Origin: Guillardia theta CCMP2712
Lineage: Eukaryota > Protista > Cryptophyta
Direction of reading: 5' to 3'
Assembly (NCBI RefSeq): GCF_000315625.1
Contig: NW_005434557.1
Span: 36,866-100,865 of the forward strand
DNA: 64,000 nt
Below, one piece after another: positions 1-12,786 of the stretch. The translations under genes were made by a program, and so were the position numbers. The notes under the pieces are model-generated. The model worked only from the letters and a program-made list of their open reading frames with translations. It was not told the DNA's origin and searched no databases. Each line of letters opens with the position of its first letter. The stretch's first letter is position 1.

Positions 1-950
1 AGGAGCAGGGGCAGGAGCAGGGGCAGGAGCAGGAGCAGGGGCAGGAGCAGGGGCAGGAGCAGGGGCAGGAACAAGAAGATACCGAACGAAAATCCATCAG
101 TTGCGAAGTAAGTGTAGAAGCCGTCAAAGCCGCTGCTCTTCACCTCCTCCCCGTGTGCTGGCTCCACCCACAGGCCCAAGACGACACAGTCGTTGCTCGT
201 TCCCCTGACGGTGAAGGAGCCTGACGACGTGAAAACCTGCGCCCACTCCTTTGCTGGGATGCGATAGCTGAAGGAAGTCACATAGATGCAAGAGAGCGGA
301 GGAGGAGGAGGAGACGAGGGAGAAGACACGAGGAAACGAAGGAAATACTTGGCTGGAGGGAAGAGAAAAGACAGATGAGAGGGAGGAAAAGAGAGGACAG
401 GATGGAAGAGAAGGGGAAGAGGAGGTGAGGAGGAGGAGGAGGAGGAGAAGGAGCAGGAGGAGCAGGAGGAGACCTGTCGTAGAGGTAGATCATCACTCTG
501 TTCCCTCTGAGCTCCAGCGTGTCATTCGCTTCCTCCTCCTCCTCCTCCTCCTCCTCCTCCTCCTCCTCCTCCTCCTCCTCCTCACCTCGAGGGGTTGCGG
601 TAGAGCGCTGGGTGGGACCCGAACCTCCGCAGGATGTAGGCCACGTCCTCCCCGACCTGCCAGCTGGCGGTCAGCTGGGCTGCCTCCGTGTCGCCGACGC
701 ACCGAGCGGGCTGTCCTGCCCTCGTAGGGCTCGAGGTGGAAGGCGAACTTGACCTGGTCTGACGTCAGCGCCAGGGACCCGCAAGAGGATGGGGATGAGG
801 ATGAGGATGAGGAGGAGGAGGAGGAGGAGGAGGAGGGTGCGCAGCAGCAGTCGTAGCAGCAGCAGCAGCAATGGCGGGAGCAGGAGCAGTGGCAGGAGGA
901 GCAGTAGGAGCAGGAGAGGCAGGAGAAGGAGCAGCAGGAGCAGCAGGAAT

Positions 951-1022
<72 letters not shown>

Positions 1023-2110
1023 GGATCAACCCGTCGCTCCTCGCACTTGTTCATCACGAGCTCGATCAGGCGCTCGTCTGTGGGATCCCCGTTGGCATCT
1101 GCCTGCCAGGCGCTTCGTCAGCACCAGCTGGGAAGGAACATCCCTGTCACCTTCCCTCTCCCCCACCAGCTGTACACCAGCACGCCCATCCCTGACTTGG
1201 CCATCATCTGCACCCCCCGTCACCCCCAAGTCCTCCTGAAGACAGGAGGGGTCTTGCAACCTCCACGTGCAGCTCGACTACTGCTGGGTCCTTGGAGCTG
1301 TAGGCCCCCAGGGAAGGGAAGAAGTTGGAGCCGATATCCAGAGGAGGAGCATGCTCCTGTCCTATGCGATCCTTGAACCTTTCGTTGACGGCTGCTGTCC
1401 AGTGCGGGAGGACCTGGCAGCGGAAAGAGGAAGAGGATCGCACATGCTAGCAGTCACAGACTCCAACATGAAAAGGGAGGGGGGGAAGAATGAGCAGCAG
1501 GATGTATGTGTGAGAGGAGCAGCATGATGTATGTGTGAGAGGAACAGCATGATGTATGTGTGAGAGGAGCAGCATGATGTATGTGTGAGAGGAGCAGCAT
1601 GATGTATGTGTGAGAGGAGCAGCATGATGTATGTCTCCTCACCTTGTGGTTCCAGTGGCTCCAATGATCGTCATTGTCTCTGTTGGCGTACCAGGCGTAG
1701 TAGAACACGTGAAGCCCCGTCGCCCCGCATGCCTTCTGCTGCAAGAACCGATCTAGTCCCTGGTCCTTGGCTGCTTCCAGCATCGCCTCTGCTTCCGCCG
1801 ACCGGTTGCGATAGGCTGAGACGCCATGCTGCCCAGTGGATCCGATCGGATCCAAGGAACGGGCGCGAGCAGCAGAGAGCTTGACCTGCTTCAGCTTCGC
1901 TTCACGAGCTACGGCGTGCAGCAGCATGGCTTGCGAAGTGTTGGCTGCCAGCTGCCTCGTCTCCCTCCTCCTCCCTGCTTTGTGCTGGCCCATCCTCCTC
2001 CACATCATCGTCAGCGCTGTCACCATGTAGAGGATAACAAGAGTCATCATGCACAAGAACACTCGCCATCGTCTTGGTGCCGCCCTCTTGTTGCCCGCCC
2101 TCTTCGCCAT
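1..2110 (-). CDS. MANEA: Glycoprotein endo-alpha-1,2-mannosidase (GH99 family), multi-exon, 3' end runs off the window
   Basis: N-terminal TM anchor (VFLCMMTLVILYMVTALTMM), then exons reading LHVFYYAWY..WSHWNHK, DIGSNFFPSLGAYSSKDP, GVLVYSWWG, FAFHLEPYEGR and GFDGFYTYFATDGFSFG, which are typical GH99 motifs. Introns hold microsatellites. Confidence 0.9.
1491..1634. repeat. 25-bp tandem minisatellite (~5.7 copies) in a GH99 intron
   Basis: Unit TGAGAGGAGCAGCATGATGTATGTG at 1511, 1536, 1561 and 1586, with partial or variant units at both ends and no spacers. Confidence 0.9.
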
Positions 2111-2853
2111 GGGAGGCGAGAGGAAGAGGATGTGAATGCAACAAGGAGAGAAGGGAAGTAAGCGATGTCAGTGGTTGACGGAACAAAGGAAAAGATTGCG
2201 ATCGGATGACGGAATGGGAAACGAGAGAAGGGGAGGAAGCAGAGGAGGAGATGGCGTGGAGGCAAGATGCCAGGAAGTTCTAGAGATGAGTGCTGTAGGG
2301 GGAGAGCTGAGGGGGAGGTGGATAGGGGGGAGGGGAGAGGAGGGAGGGGAGGGAGGGAGGGGAGGGAGGGAAACGAATGGACAATAGGATATGAGGCGGA
2401 GACGAACAAGTTTGTGGGAAGGATGCAAGTGAATGAAACGAGGAGGAGCAGGTGGTGCGAAGGTTGACAAGACATTGGTAGAGTGGCAGGACGAGGAAGA
2501 TTGAAACAGATCCTAGAGGGCAAGAGAAAGGCGACAGGAGTGCGCGGAGGAAGGAGATGGAGATAAAACTTTAAGAGGAGGAGAGGAGGAGAGGACAACG
2601 GGTTGTTTCATTTCCCTTTATCAATCTGCAATGAGCCGCTTCACCCAGCGTCCCTGCCATCGGATGACATCATCTTCAGACGCGTCACGTCCCATGCACA
2701 TCCAACACTTAACGAGAAGGATCTCCGCTCGCCAACTATCTGAGCAGAAGAGAAATGAAAAGCTTGATTGAAACAATATTCAAAATGTAAAAAAGACGCC
2801 ATGCTCCTCCTCCCTCCTCCATCTCAGCTCCAACAGGGGAAACCTCCCTCCCT

Positions 2854-4064
2854 TTAGTCGCTCGACTTCTTCTCTTCTCCCGACGTGTTCTCATCATGCT
2901 CTCCCTTCTCGGCATGCTTCTCATCTTCGTTCTTGTGATGCTTCCCGTGGTGACCGTGACCGTGACCGTGACCATGCCCGTGCCCATGACCGTGAGGCTT
3001 CCCGTTGTGGCTGTGGACACAGTCAGAGCAGTCCACCTCCCACTCACACCAGCGCTGCTTCACCTGATAGCCGCCAGCCAGGGCTTGGTGCTGCGGTGAG
3101 TCTTGTCCTTCATCGAAGACGCATGATCCTTGTACTCAATCGTCGTTCCATCCAGGTGGGTCATGATCGACTTCAACTTCTCCCTGCTCACTAGTCAAGG
3201 CTCGTTCAAGCACAAGTCAATTTTAGAAGGGGTTGAAGCATGCTCAGGCTCATTAAATCAGATATTTTTGCTGCCACTTATCAAGTCCAGAAGGAAACGT
3301 CTCATCATTGCAATAGCAAGCGACTGAAGAAACATGCTTTCATGCTCACCCGAGCTCATCCTTCACGGATTCGTTGTCCTCATTGTCTTTGTTCCAGATT
3401 TGAATAATATCCTCCTTTGGTTTCACACTGACCATGACGCCAACAAGCTGGGAGAAACAACAGGTGAGCTGCACCCGAGACAACACCGTCATCTACTCAC
3501 ATCTGGCTCCGCAAAAGCTTCGCCTACACACGCCAACACCAACTCCTCCCAGCATTTGGAGAGGTTTGGGCTCGGGTGGTGGTTCTGCTTCTTAAATCTA
3601 ATAATCCAAGCTCCCCCATGCGGGAAAGTTTCCCACATTGGCATGTAGCCTTCCCGAAACACTGTTCCACAGTCAAAACACGTCATGCCACAGCGAAGCG
3701 CGTGCGAACCATGATAAGTAGTCGATTGATGCATGTCATATGGACGGCTCAACTGAGAGTACAAGTCCCAAAACTCTTCGATAGTGCGAAAGCTCCCCAG
3801 ATTTTTCAGATGGTCAAAATACGTAGATGCTTTCATGACGGCGTGAGATTTGTTCTCAATCTTCTTGTCAAACCAAAATGTCCATCCTGTCTCTAAAGGA
3901 TGGCCAGTGGTATCATTCGATGCTGCCTCCTTAGGTACCTGAAGATAAGGGTGGTTCAAAACCAGCAAGCTAGGGTAACTGAGTCGTATGCACCTCAGCA
4001 TTTTGTTCGGCCGAGGTAGCTGCTGCGGTATCTGACATTTTCTCCACTTCCACTTAATCTGCAA
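2854..4064 (-). CDS. EIF4E: eIF4E-family cap-binding protein with His-rich C-terminal tail (multi-exon, start uncertain)
   Basis: HPLETGWTFWFD, LGSFRTIEEFWDLY, FREGYMPMWE..GGAW, WEELVLACVGE, GVMVSVKPKEDIIQIWNKD, IEYKDH; last exon HGHGHGHGHGHHGKHH. Confidence 0.9.
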
Positions 4065-4732
4065 AGAAAATCTTCAGCTCAAAAGTGTTTCTAAGGCAGC
4101 AGCAGAAGCATTCTTCACCGAATAGAAAGCGTAGATCAGTATACACCACCTCCTGCTCAATTTCACAGCAGGGCGGGAAATCGGAAAGACGGGACGCAAG
4201 GGACGGTGAAGTCACACGCGAGTCTGCAGGATGCTGGGACGAGAGGATGAAGTTGCGCAAGGGGAAGGAGGGGGGGGGATTCAGGAAGACAGCAAGATGG
4301 TAGCTGCAGGAGAGCAGGCGGAAGAGGAGGAGGAGGAGGAAGAGGAGGAAGAGGAAGGAGGAAGAGGAAGGCAAGTGACGCGGAGCGGCAGGCACGTGGC
4401 GTGCTGTTCTAAAAAGAACAGAATACGTTACACGACGTTACAAACCGTTCACGCGGCCCGGCCAGCCCGAAGTTCAACCAGGGGCGGCGGCCGGCGGGCC
4501 GCGAGCCGGACCCGGTTGCGGGCGAGTGTCCAGCCGGGCTGTGAGCCCTGCCGGGCATCTGAGTCAGGATCGCCGATCTCAGTCACTCACGGACCATACA
4601 ACTGCAGTGCCCACTGGGCGCACTAACCGTTCCGTTCGACGGTAAGTTTAATGATTCGCGGTGGGGCTAATGACATACGGGTGACCGCAGGCTTGAACCG
4701 GCCGGCGACCAGGAACGTGTTCTGACGGTTTA

Positions 4733-5045
4733 CAAGTTTGTTAGACTTGTACCATGCCCAAGTAATGCAGATATCATATCGACCTCAGCTGCAACAAGAC
4801 AGTTTTTGCTCAAGACCGAGTTCAATGCACATCATTGTGACTGTGTACTAGCCTCGGATGTGAAACCCAAGCATCCAGTGACATGAGAGGACCTTAGCAA
4901 GACGGCTAGGAAGGCCTCCTCTTCGTCTGACGTGCTACATTGCCGCTTCACAACACGTATGGGTCTTCTTGGTTTACAGGAGAGTTTTGTTAACTCGGCG
5001 CTATCTGACCGGCACGGCTGGCATGTGATCCATCATGTTCAAACT
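4733..5045 (+). repeat. Dispersed ~300-bp intergenic repeat, copy 1
   Basis: Collinear blocks shared with 11934-12250: ACAAGTTTGTTAGACT, ACAAGACAGTTTTTGCTCAAGACCGA, GACATGAGAGGACCTTAGCAAGACGGCTAGGAA, TCTTGGTTTACAGGAGAGTTTT, ACTCGGCGCTATCTGAC. Confidence 0.85.
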
Positions 5046-5380
5046 TAGATTCAAGTCGAAGCCGGAAATCATGAAACTGATCGTTCCTGCCGATTTCAAC
5101 AAGTTCAGTCCTTTAAAGATACCCGGCACTGTTGTGGCTCAGCGGCCAGCGTCTTGCATACACTTCAGAAGCGTCAAGCGCCACTGAGTATTTTTGCTGT
5201 GCGTCTCATCTAGAAGAATGACGTCGAAAAGCAGACACCTTGATGAGGAAGTTGATGAAATCTTGTGCAAGCTGAGCCTCAATAGCCAATTTTCGCAGGT
5301 TGTGCAAGTCGATTTGAACTTTCCAGCCTTACCGTGTGCAATGCATAAACCACAAGCTAGAAACAAACAACTTCATCTCG

Positions 5381-6899
5381 TCAGAAGGGTCTGAATTGGA
5401 GCAAGCCGCCAAGTTGACCGAAAATACCCGGAAGCAGATTGTCATTGCGAAGTCTCTGTTGCAGCCTGTCGTGTGCTGGATTGCTTCTATTCGTAGCATG
5501 ACTGTTAACCTGTAGAACATCCATACGATCTCTAGCTGATAACTTTTCAATATCCCGCATGCAACGGCAACCAGAATCTTTGTTGACGTCATCTCCACAA
5601 CGCCAGCAGAACGTTGTTCCACATCGGCAGCGCATTGCGTTGCATCCTTCTGATTTCTCAACCCAAAAGTTACAAGATGGGCACTTTTTCATTCCCTTTC
5701 TGCTAACAAGGCCAAGGAACTTTCTGTCCTCTTTTGAACCTGAATTCAGCATCGCATTGTCCTCACAAGAAGTAGTCTGATGCCACTTCGCCTTACATTT
5801 GAGGCAGTATGAGCGCCGACAAGCAGGGCAAATGTACTTTTCCTTCTCATTAAGAGTTCCAGTCTCGATGACATTGCTACAAGCTGGTGTTGGGCAGAAA
5901 AATAAAGTGTTGGGACTCCGTTCCAAGAACAGCTTCAAGGAGAAATTTTCAAACTTTTCCATGCACTCTGCATTTTCACTCAAACATCCACGAATTTCCT
6001 AGGCAAAGGTGTCACAACAACAACATACTCCATAAAGAAGGGAATGACCCACCTGTACAGTCAGAGGGGCTGCACATCCATCTTGGGGACACACAAGGCT
6101 TTGTTGAGCAACTTGCCCTTCCTTCACTTTGACAGTGACGTAGTTGGTGGCGCAATCAAAGCAGAAGCGATGACCGCAGCGAAAATAACACACCTGTATG
6201 GAAGAAATGAATGAGGGGCAAGATGGATTGAGATAGCTCAATTACCTGATCTCCTCGAGGGATGTCATCAAGACAAATGGGACAAGTGAAAGTTCTGGAA
6301 ACGGTGGATGAAATACGCAGCCGGTCTGTCATATTGTTGTCGACAGACTCGCTCGTAGAACTGCGACGCCGTGTATCTTGTTGCCGTTCTCTCTTGGAAC
6401 TTTGTAGAGAAGTTTCTTGCACTATCTTAACGTCGTCTTCAGTGGCAGATGTCTCAGGTCGAGAAATACGTCGTGAAGTAGAGTTCGCATCGTTTAGGTA
6501 TATCCTAGGCTCTTTGTACGTTCTTGAAACAAAAGTGTCATCTTCATCCGTGCTTACATCATCCACCAATATTAATCCCTGTTTGCTGCTGGGAGACCTC
6601 TGCAAGTTGGCGTGGGTTTTCCGCGCATTTCGTTTGCTTTTATTCGGCCTGTGCGGGATCCCAGGGTAGTTTTCCCAGGAGTTCTCCTGCATGGTCAGAT
6701 CAATCACATCGGTAGAAGCATATCGACTCCTATTCGTCTTTGCTTCTTCAGATGAATCGGTATTACAGCTTGATACTTCTGTCGTGCTATGCTCTGCACG
6801 CTGCACCTTTTGTGGATATTTTTCTGCGAACGATTCCTTAACGAGCGATGATTCTGGACTGGACAGAAAGTTGTTGAGTCGCATGTTGACAGGCTCCAT
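5381..6899 (-). CDS. RBR (RING1-IBR-RING2) E3 ubiquitin ligase, copy 1, about 3 exons
   Basis: RING1 CPICLDD..CGHRFCFDC..CPQDGC; IBR FCPTPAC..CPACRRSYCLKCKAKWH..C; RING2 KKCPSCNFWVEKSEGCNAMRCRCGTTFCWRC. Short GT-AG introns near 6195-6245 and 6002-6052. Confidence 0.92.
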
Positions 6900-8912
6900 T
6901 TATCTGAATCAGAGGTTAGTGCTCACCCAGATTTGAAATGTTGACGTATCAAACTAGCTGACTGACTAATTTATTCTAACCAATCTAGCTACCATTCATC
7001 TAACAAACAAACAAACAAACAAACAAATTTATCAAGTGAACACTTTGAGCGCTGACAACTCTCTCCACACCAAAACAGCATGCATAAGGTATTTGAAACT
7101 GATGCTTCAGATAGATCTGTAAGAATTACTTCTACCGAGTTGCCCACCATCCATGCAAAATGGAAGCCCAACTCGTCATTTACCAAACTAGCCAATCTGC
7201 TCCTTGATGCAAGCCGAACCGAATTCAAATCTCGGCATTACGGTTGAAGTCTGGAACGGCAAACTAACTATTTCATAACATCTTGCGGCATTCATAAAGC
7301 TTGTTTCATCCTCATTCAAATCTTTGACCTCTCTCTCTCTCTTACGTCTCCATCACCCTTCCTCTCGTCTTCCCCCTCCTCCTTCAGCCGCCATACCTCC
7401 AGTTCTTGGTTTATTCCCAGCACCAGAGATAGGGGGTGGTATCAAAGAGTTATGAGACAGGGTGGGTACTTTCCAGTGGAAATACAGAAGGCTCGCATGT
7501 ATAACTAGGGGGTACTTCACCCACCCCAGGGGCTCGAATGGACATCTCACAGAGTGGATGTTGACTGATGGGAGGGGTAGGTGACTGCTAGGAAAAGGGT
7601 CGCCACAAGGGGGCACAGAGGGGGTGGGGTACAGTGATTCTCCGAAGGGGATAGGTGGGGTACTTCTAGGGATTTCTTCCGCCACACTCGGGGTTGGGGG
7701 GTGGGGGGTACCCGGCCTTGTGAAACCGTCTGGCAACCGCTGTGGCCGCACTCAGTGCCGCCTGGCCTTTACTCAAAGCCCGGCCCGGTGACAGGCCCCG
7801 GCACTGCTCAGCTGCAAGGCGTCACTAGTACTGACCCGGCACCGTCCGGGCTACTGGCGGCCAGGCAGCCTTCGTGACGCCGGGACTTCTGAACCGTTTC
7901 CCAACTTGGCATGGCCCAGTGGCCCTAACTTGAAAGGCTGATCATCATGTAGGGGACTTCGAACAAGTTCAACTTCCGGCGCGGCCGCAACTGCAGCCCG
8001 GCCTGGCTAACGTGACTGGAGTCCAGGAGGCGGTTGGCATGGCCCAGTGGGTTCAATTAATCATTGAATCCTGGACTTCAGCATGTCACAACTTGAATGA
8101 TATTGAATATTAATACCGGGCCTCGCTCGGCCTCCGACCGTCCGGAGCACTCCGAGAGTGCCAGGCCCGCAAGCCGCTGGCAGCAGCCGTGATCACTCGC
8201 CGGAGCGGAACTCAGTCGGAAGATCCGAGGGCATCCGAGTAATGCATACTGATAACATGCTCAGCACGTCCCGCCAAAGCGGCCTTTTTTCCCATCATCG
8301 CCAGCACTGATTGACTCTTGCAGGATGATGCGGCGGTTGCGCTTTCTGTGGTGGCTGGCGGATCGCTTGGCGAAGGCTTGCCAAGGAAACGGCGACGGAG
8401 CACAAGTTTGTTAGACTCAGTTGTACTATGCCAAAGTCACGCAGATATCACATCGACCTCAGTTGTAACAAGACAGTTTTTGCTCAAGACCGAATTTAAT
8501 GCACACAAAACCAGAATTGAGGAGCACATGTGAAATTCAAGCATCCAGACATGAGAGGACCTTAGCAAGACGGCTAGGAAAGCCCCCTCCGAAGTTCATC
8601 CCACACGCTACATGGGCCGCCTTGACACGTCAGTCCGGCGTCTTGGTTTACAGGACGGCACTGTTGTGGCTCAGCGGCCAGCGTCTTGCATACACTTCAG
8701 AAGCGTCAAGCGCCACTGAGTATTTTTGCTGTGCGTCTCATCTAGAAGAATGACGTCGAAAAGCAGACACCTTGATGAGGAAGTTGATGAAATCTTGTGC
8801 AAGCTGAGCCTCAATAGCCAATTTTCGCAGGTTGTGCAAGTCGATTTGAACTTTCCAGCCTTACCGTGTGCAATGCATAAACCACAAGCTAGAAACAAAC
8901 AACTTCATCTCG

Positions 8913-10431
8913 TCAGAAGGGTCTGAATTGGAGCAAGCCGCCAAGTTGACCGAAAATACCCGGAAGCAGATTGTCATTGCGAAGTCTCTGTTGCAGCCTG
9001 TCGTGTGCTGGATTGCTTCTATTCGTAGCATGACTGTTAACCTGTAGAACATCCATACGATCTCTAGCTGATAACTTTTCAATATCCCGCATGCAACGGC
9101 AACCAGAATCTTTGTTGACGTCATCTCCACAACGCCAGCAGAACGTTGTTCCACATCGGCAGCGCATTGCGTTGCATCCTTCTGATTTCTCAACCCAAAA
9201 GTTACAAGATGGGCACTTTTTCATTCCCTTTCTGCTAACAAGGCCAAGGAACTTTCTGTCCTCTTTTGAACCTGAATTCAGCATCGCATTGTCCTCACAA
9301 GAAGTAGTCTGATGCCACTTCGCCTTACATTTGAGGCAGTATGAGCGCCGACAAGCAGGGCAAATGTACTTTTCCTTCTCATTAAGAGTTCCAGTCTCGA
9401 TGACATTGCTACAAGCTGGTGTTGGGCAGAAAAATAAAGTGTTGGGACTCCGTTCCAAGAACAGCTTCAAGGAGAAATTTTCAAACTTTTCCATGCACTC
9501 TGCATTTTCACTCAAACATCCACGAATTTCCTAGGCAAAGGTGTCACAACAACAACATACTCCATAAAGAAGGGAATGACCCACCTGTACAGTCAGAGGG
9601 GCTGCACATCCATCTTGGGGACACACAAGGCTTTGTTGAGCAACTTGCCCTTCCTTCACTTTGACAGTGACGTAGTTGGTGGCGCAATCAAAGCAGAAGC
9701 GATGACCGCAGCGAAAATAACACACCTGTATGGAAGAAATGAATGAGGGGCAAGATGGATTGAGATAGCTCAATTACCTGATCTCCTCGAGGGATGTCAT
9801 CAAGACAAATGGGACAAGTGAAAGTTCTGGAAACGGTGGATGAAATACGCAGCCGGTCTGTCATATTGTTGTCGACAGACTCGCTCGTAGAACTGCGACG
9901 CCGTGTATCTTGTTGCCGTTCTCTCTTGGAACTTTGTAGAGAAGTTTCTTGCACTATCTTAACGTCGTCTTCAGTGGCAGATGTCTCAGGTCGAGAAATA
10001 CGTCGTGAAGTAGAGTTCGCATCGTTTAGGTATATCCTAGGCTCTTTGTACGTTCTTGAAACAAAAGTGTCATCTTCATCCGTGCTTACATCATCCACCA
10101 ATATTAATCCCTGTTTGCTGCTGGGAGACCTCTGCAAGTTGGCGTGGGTTTTCCGCGCATTTCGTTTGCTTTTATTCGGCCTGTGCGGGATCCCAGGGTA
10201 GTTTTCCCAGGAGTTCTCCTGCATGGTCAGATCAATCACATCGGTAGAAGCATATCGACTCCTATTCGTCTTTGCTTCTTCAGATGAATCGGTATTACAG
10301 CTTGATACTTCTGTCGTGCTATGCTCTGCACGCTGCACCTTTTGTGGATATTTTTCTGCGAACGATTCCTTAACGAGCGATGATTCTGGACTGGACAGAA
10401 AGTTGTTGAGTCGCATGTTGACAGGCTCCAT
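8913..10431 (-). CDS. RBR E3 ubiquitin ligase, copy 2 (identical)
   Basis: Identical ORF translations at +3532. Confidence 0.9.
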
Positions 10432-11933
10432 TTATCTGAATCAGAGGTTAGTGCTCACCCAGATTTGAAATGTTGACGTATCAAACTAGCTGACTGACTA
10501 ATTTATTCTAACCAATCTAGCTACCATTCATCTAACAAACAAACAAACAAACAAACAAATTTATCAAGTGAACACTTTGAGCGCTGACAACTCTCTCCAC
10601 ACCAAAACAGCATGCATAAGGTATTTGAAACTGATGCTTCAGATAGATCTGTAAGAATTACTTCTACCGAGTTGCCCACCATCCATGCAAAATGGAAGCC
10701 CAACTCGTCATTTACCAAACTAGCCAATCTGCTCCTTGATGCAAGCCGAACCGAATTCAAATCTCGGCATTACGGTTGAAGTCTGGAACGGCAAACTAAC
10801 TATTTCATAACATCTTGCGGCATTCATAAAGCTTGTTTCATCCTCATTCAAATCTTTGACCTCTCTCTCTCTCTTACGTCTCCATCACCCTTCCTCTCGT
10901 CTTCCCCCTCCTCCTTCAGCCGCCATACCTCCAGTTCTTGGTTTATTCCCAGCACCAGAGATAGGGGGTGGTATCAAAGAGTTATGAGACAGGGTGGGTA
11001 CTTTCCAGTGGAAATACAGAAGGCTCGCATGTATAACTAGGGGGTACTTCACCCACCCCAGGGGCTCGAATGGACATCTCACAGAGTGGATGTTGACTGA
11101 TGGGAGGGGTAGGTGACTGCTAGGAAAAGGGTCGCCACAAGGGGGCACAGAGGGGGTGGGGTACAGTGATTCTCCGAAGGGGATAGGTGGGGTACTTCTA
11201 GGGATTTCTTCCGCCACACTCGGGGTTGGGGGGTGGGGGGTACCCGGCCTTGTGAAACCGTCTGGCAACCGCTGTGGCCGCACTCAGTGCCGCCTGGCCT
11301 TTACTCAAAGCCCGGCCCGGTGACAGGCCCCGGCACTGCTCAGCTGCAAGGCGTCACTAGTACTGACCCGGCACCGTCCGGGCTACTGGCGGCCAGGCAG
11401 CCTTCGTGACGCCGGGACTTCTGAACCGTTTCCCAACTTGGCATGGCCCAGTGGCCCTAACTTGAAAGGCTGATCATCATGTAGGGGACTTCGAACAAGT
11501 TCAACTTCCGGCGCGGCCGCAACTGCAGCCCGGCCTGGCTAACGTGACTGGAGTCCAGGAGGCGGTTGGCATGGCCCAGTGGGTTCAATTAATCATTGAA
11601 TCCTGGACTTCAGCATGTCACAACTTGAATGATATTGAATATTAATACCGGGCCTCGCTCGGCCTCCGACCGTCCGGAGCACTCCGAGAGTGCCAGGCCC
11701 GCAAGCCGCTGGCAGCAGCCGTGATCACTCGCCGGAGCGGAACTCAGTCGGAAGATCCGAGGGCATCCGAGTAATGCATACTGATAACATGCTCAGCACG
11801 TCCCGCCAAAGCGGCCTTTTTTCCCATCATCGCCAGCACTGATTGACTCTTGCAGGATGATGCGGCGGTTGCGCTTTCTGTGGTGGCTGGCGGATCGCTT
11901 GGCGAAGGCTTGCCAAGGAAACGGCGACGGAGC

Positions 11934-12250
11934 ACAAGTTTGTTAGACTCAGTTGTACTATGCCAAAGTCACGCAGATATCACATCGACCTCAGTTGTAA
12001 CAAGACAGTTTTTGCTCAAGACCGAATTTAATGCACACAAAACCAGAATTGAGGAGCACATGTGAAATTCAAGCATCCAGACATGAGAGGACCTTAGCAA
12101 GACGGCTAGGAAAGCCCCCTCCGAAGTTCATCCCACACGCTACATGGGCCGCCTTGACACGTCAGTCCGGCGTCTTGGTTTACAGGAGAGTTTTTCAACG
12201 GTTGACTCGGCGCTATCTGACTGGCACGGCTGGCATACGTTCCATCAAAC
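11934..12250 (+). repeat. Dispersed ~300-bp intergenic repeat, full copy (truncated twin at 8402-8655)
   Basis: Diverged homologue of 4733-5045; further partial copy at ~61397-61505. Confidence 0.85.
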
Positions 12251-12786
12251 TTCCGGCGGCAGCGCTCAGAGGATGGCCTCTCGGCCTCGCAAGACGTCTG
12301 GAGTCCTCAGGCTCGGCCTCGCAAGATGTCTCAAGCCCGGCTCCCTCAGTCCTTCGCTGCCATCCGCCGTGATCCGATCAGATGGAAATGGCGCGGGGGC
12401 CCCGGACTCGATGGTCTTCCGTTCTGGCAAGTTCTGCGGCGCCGCGCAGTTAAGTCGGAAGGTATCAGTTAAGTTTGGGGGACAGCCGAGTTGCCAGGAC
12501 GGGGTTTGGTTCTCGCTCTGCGGCTGTCTTTTCCGGGCGGCGGAGACTCGGAGCCTTCTCGCCGTTTCAAGGGCCTGTGCGACAGTGTCAGGGTCAAGCC
12601 TCCTCGACTCTCCTGATTGTCCTCGTACTGATCTTTGAGTAAAACAGCTGAGCGAAGGGAGCAAATTGTGCCTCGGAGCGGCGGCCCGTCCGGCGGCCGG
12701 GCCCCCGGGCTGCCGGCGGCCCAGGCTTTCACTGAGCCTCGGAGTTTTTTACACGCCCATCGATCGAGAAAAGGGCCTGAAAGTTT

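Larger units (their letters stand above)
5124..12187. repeat. Exact tandem segmental duplication, unit 3532 bp (5124-8655 / 8656-12187)
   Basis: All ORFs recur with offset 3532 and identical translations. Junction TTACAGGA|CGGCACTG at 8655/8656. Confidence 0.97.

Noticed and set aside
278-1376. Poly-R/S/L/GA ORFs, including an RS-domain-like ORF at 789-1376
   Set aside because: Translations of (GGAGCA)n and (GGA)n microsatellites in GH99 introns.
1491-1634. Possible CRISPR arrays (25-bp repeat here; 36-bp repeat at 57414-57629)
   Set aside because: Units are directly adjacent with no unique spacers, there are no cas genes, and the context is eukaryotic.
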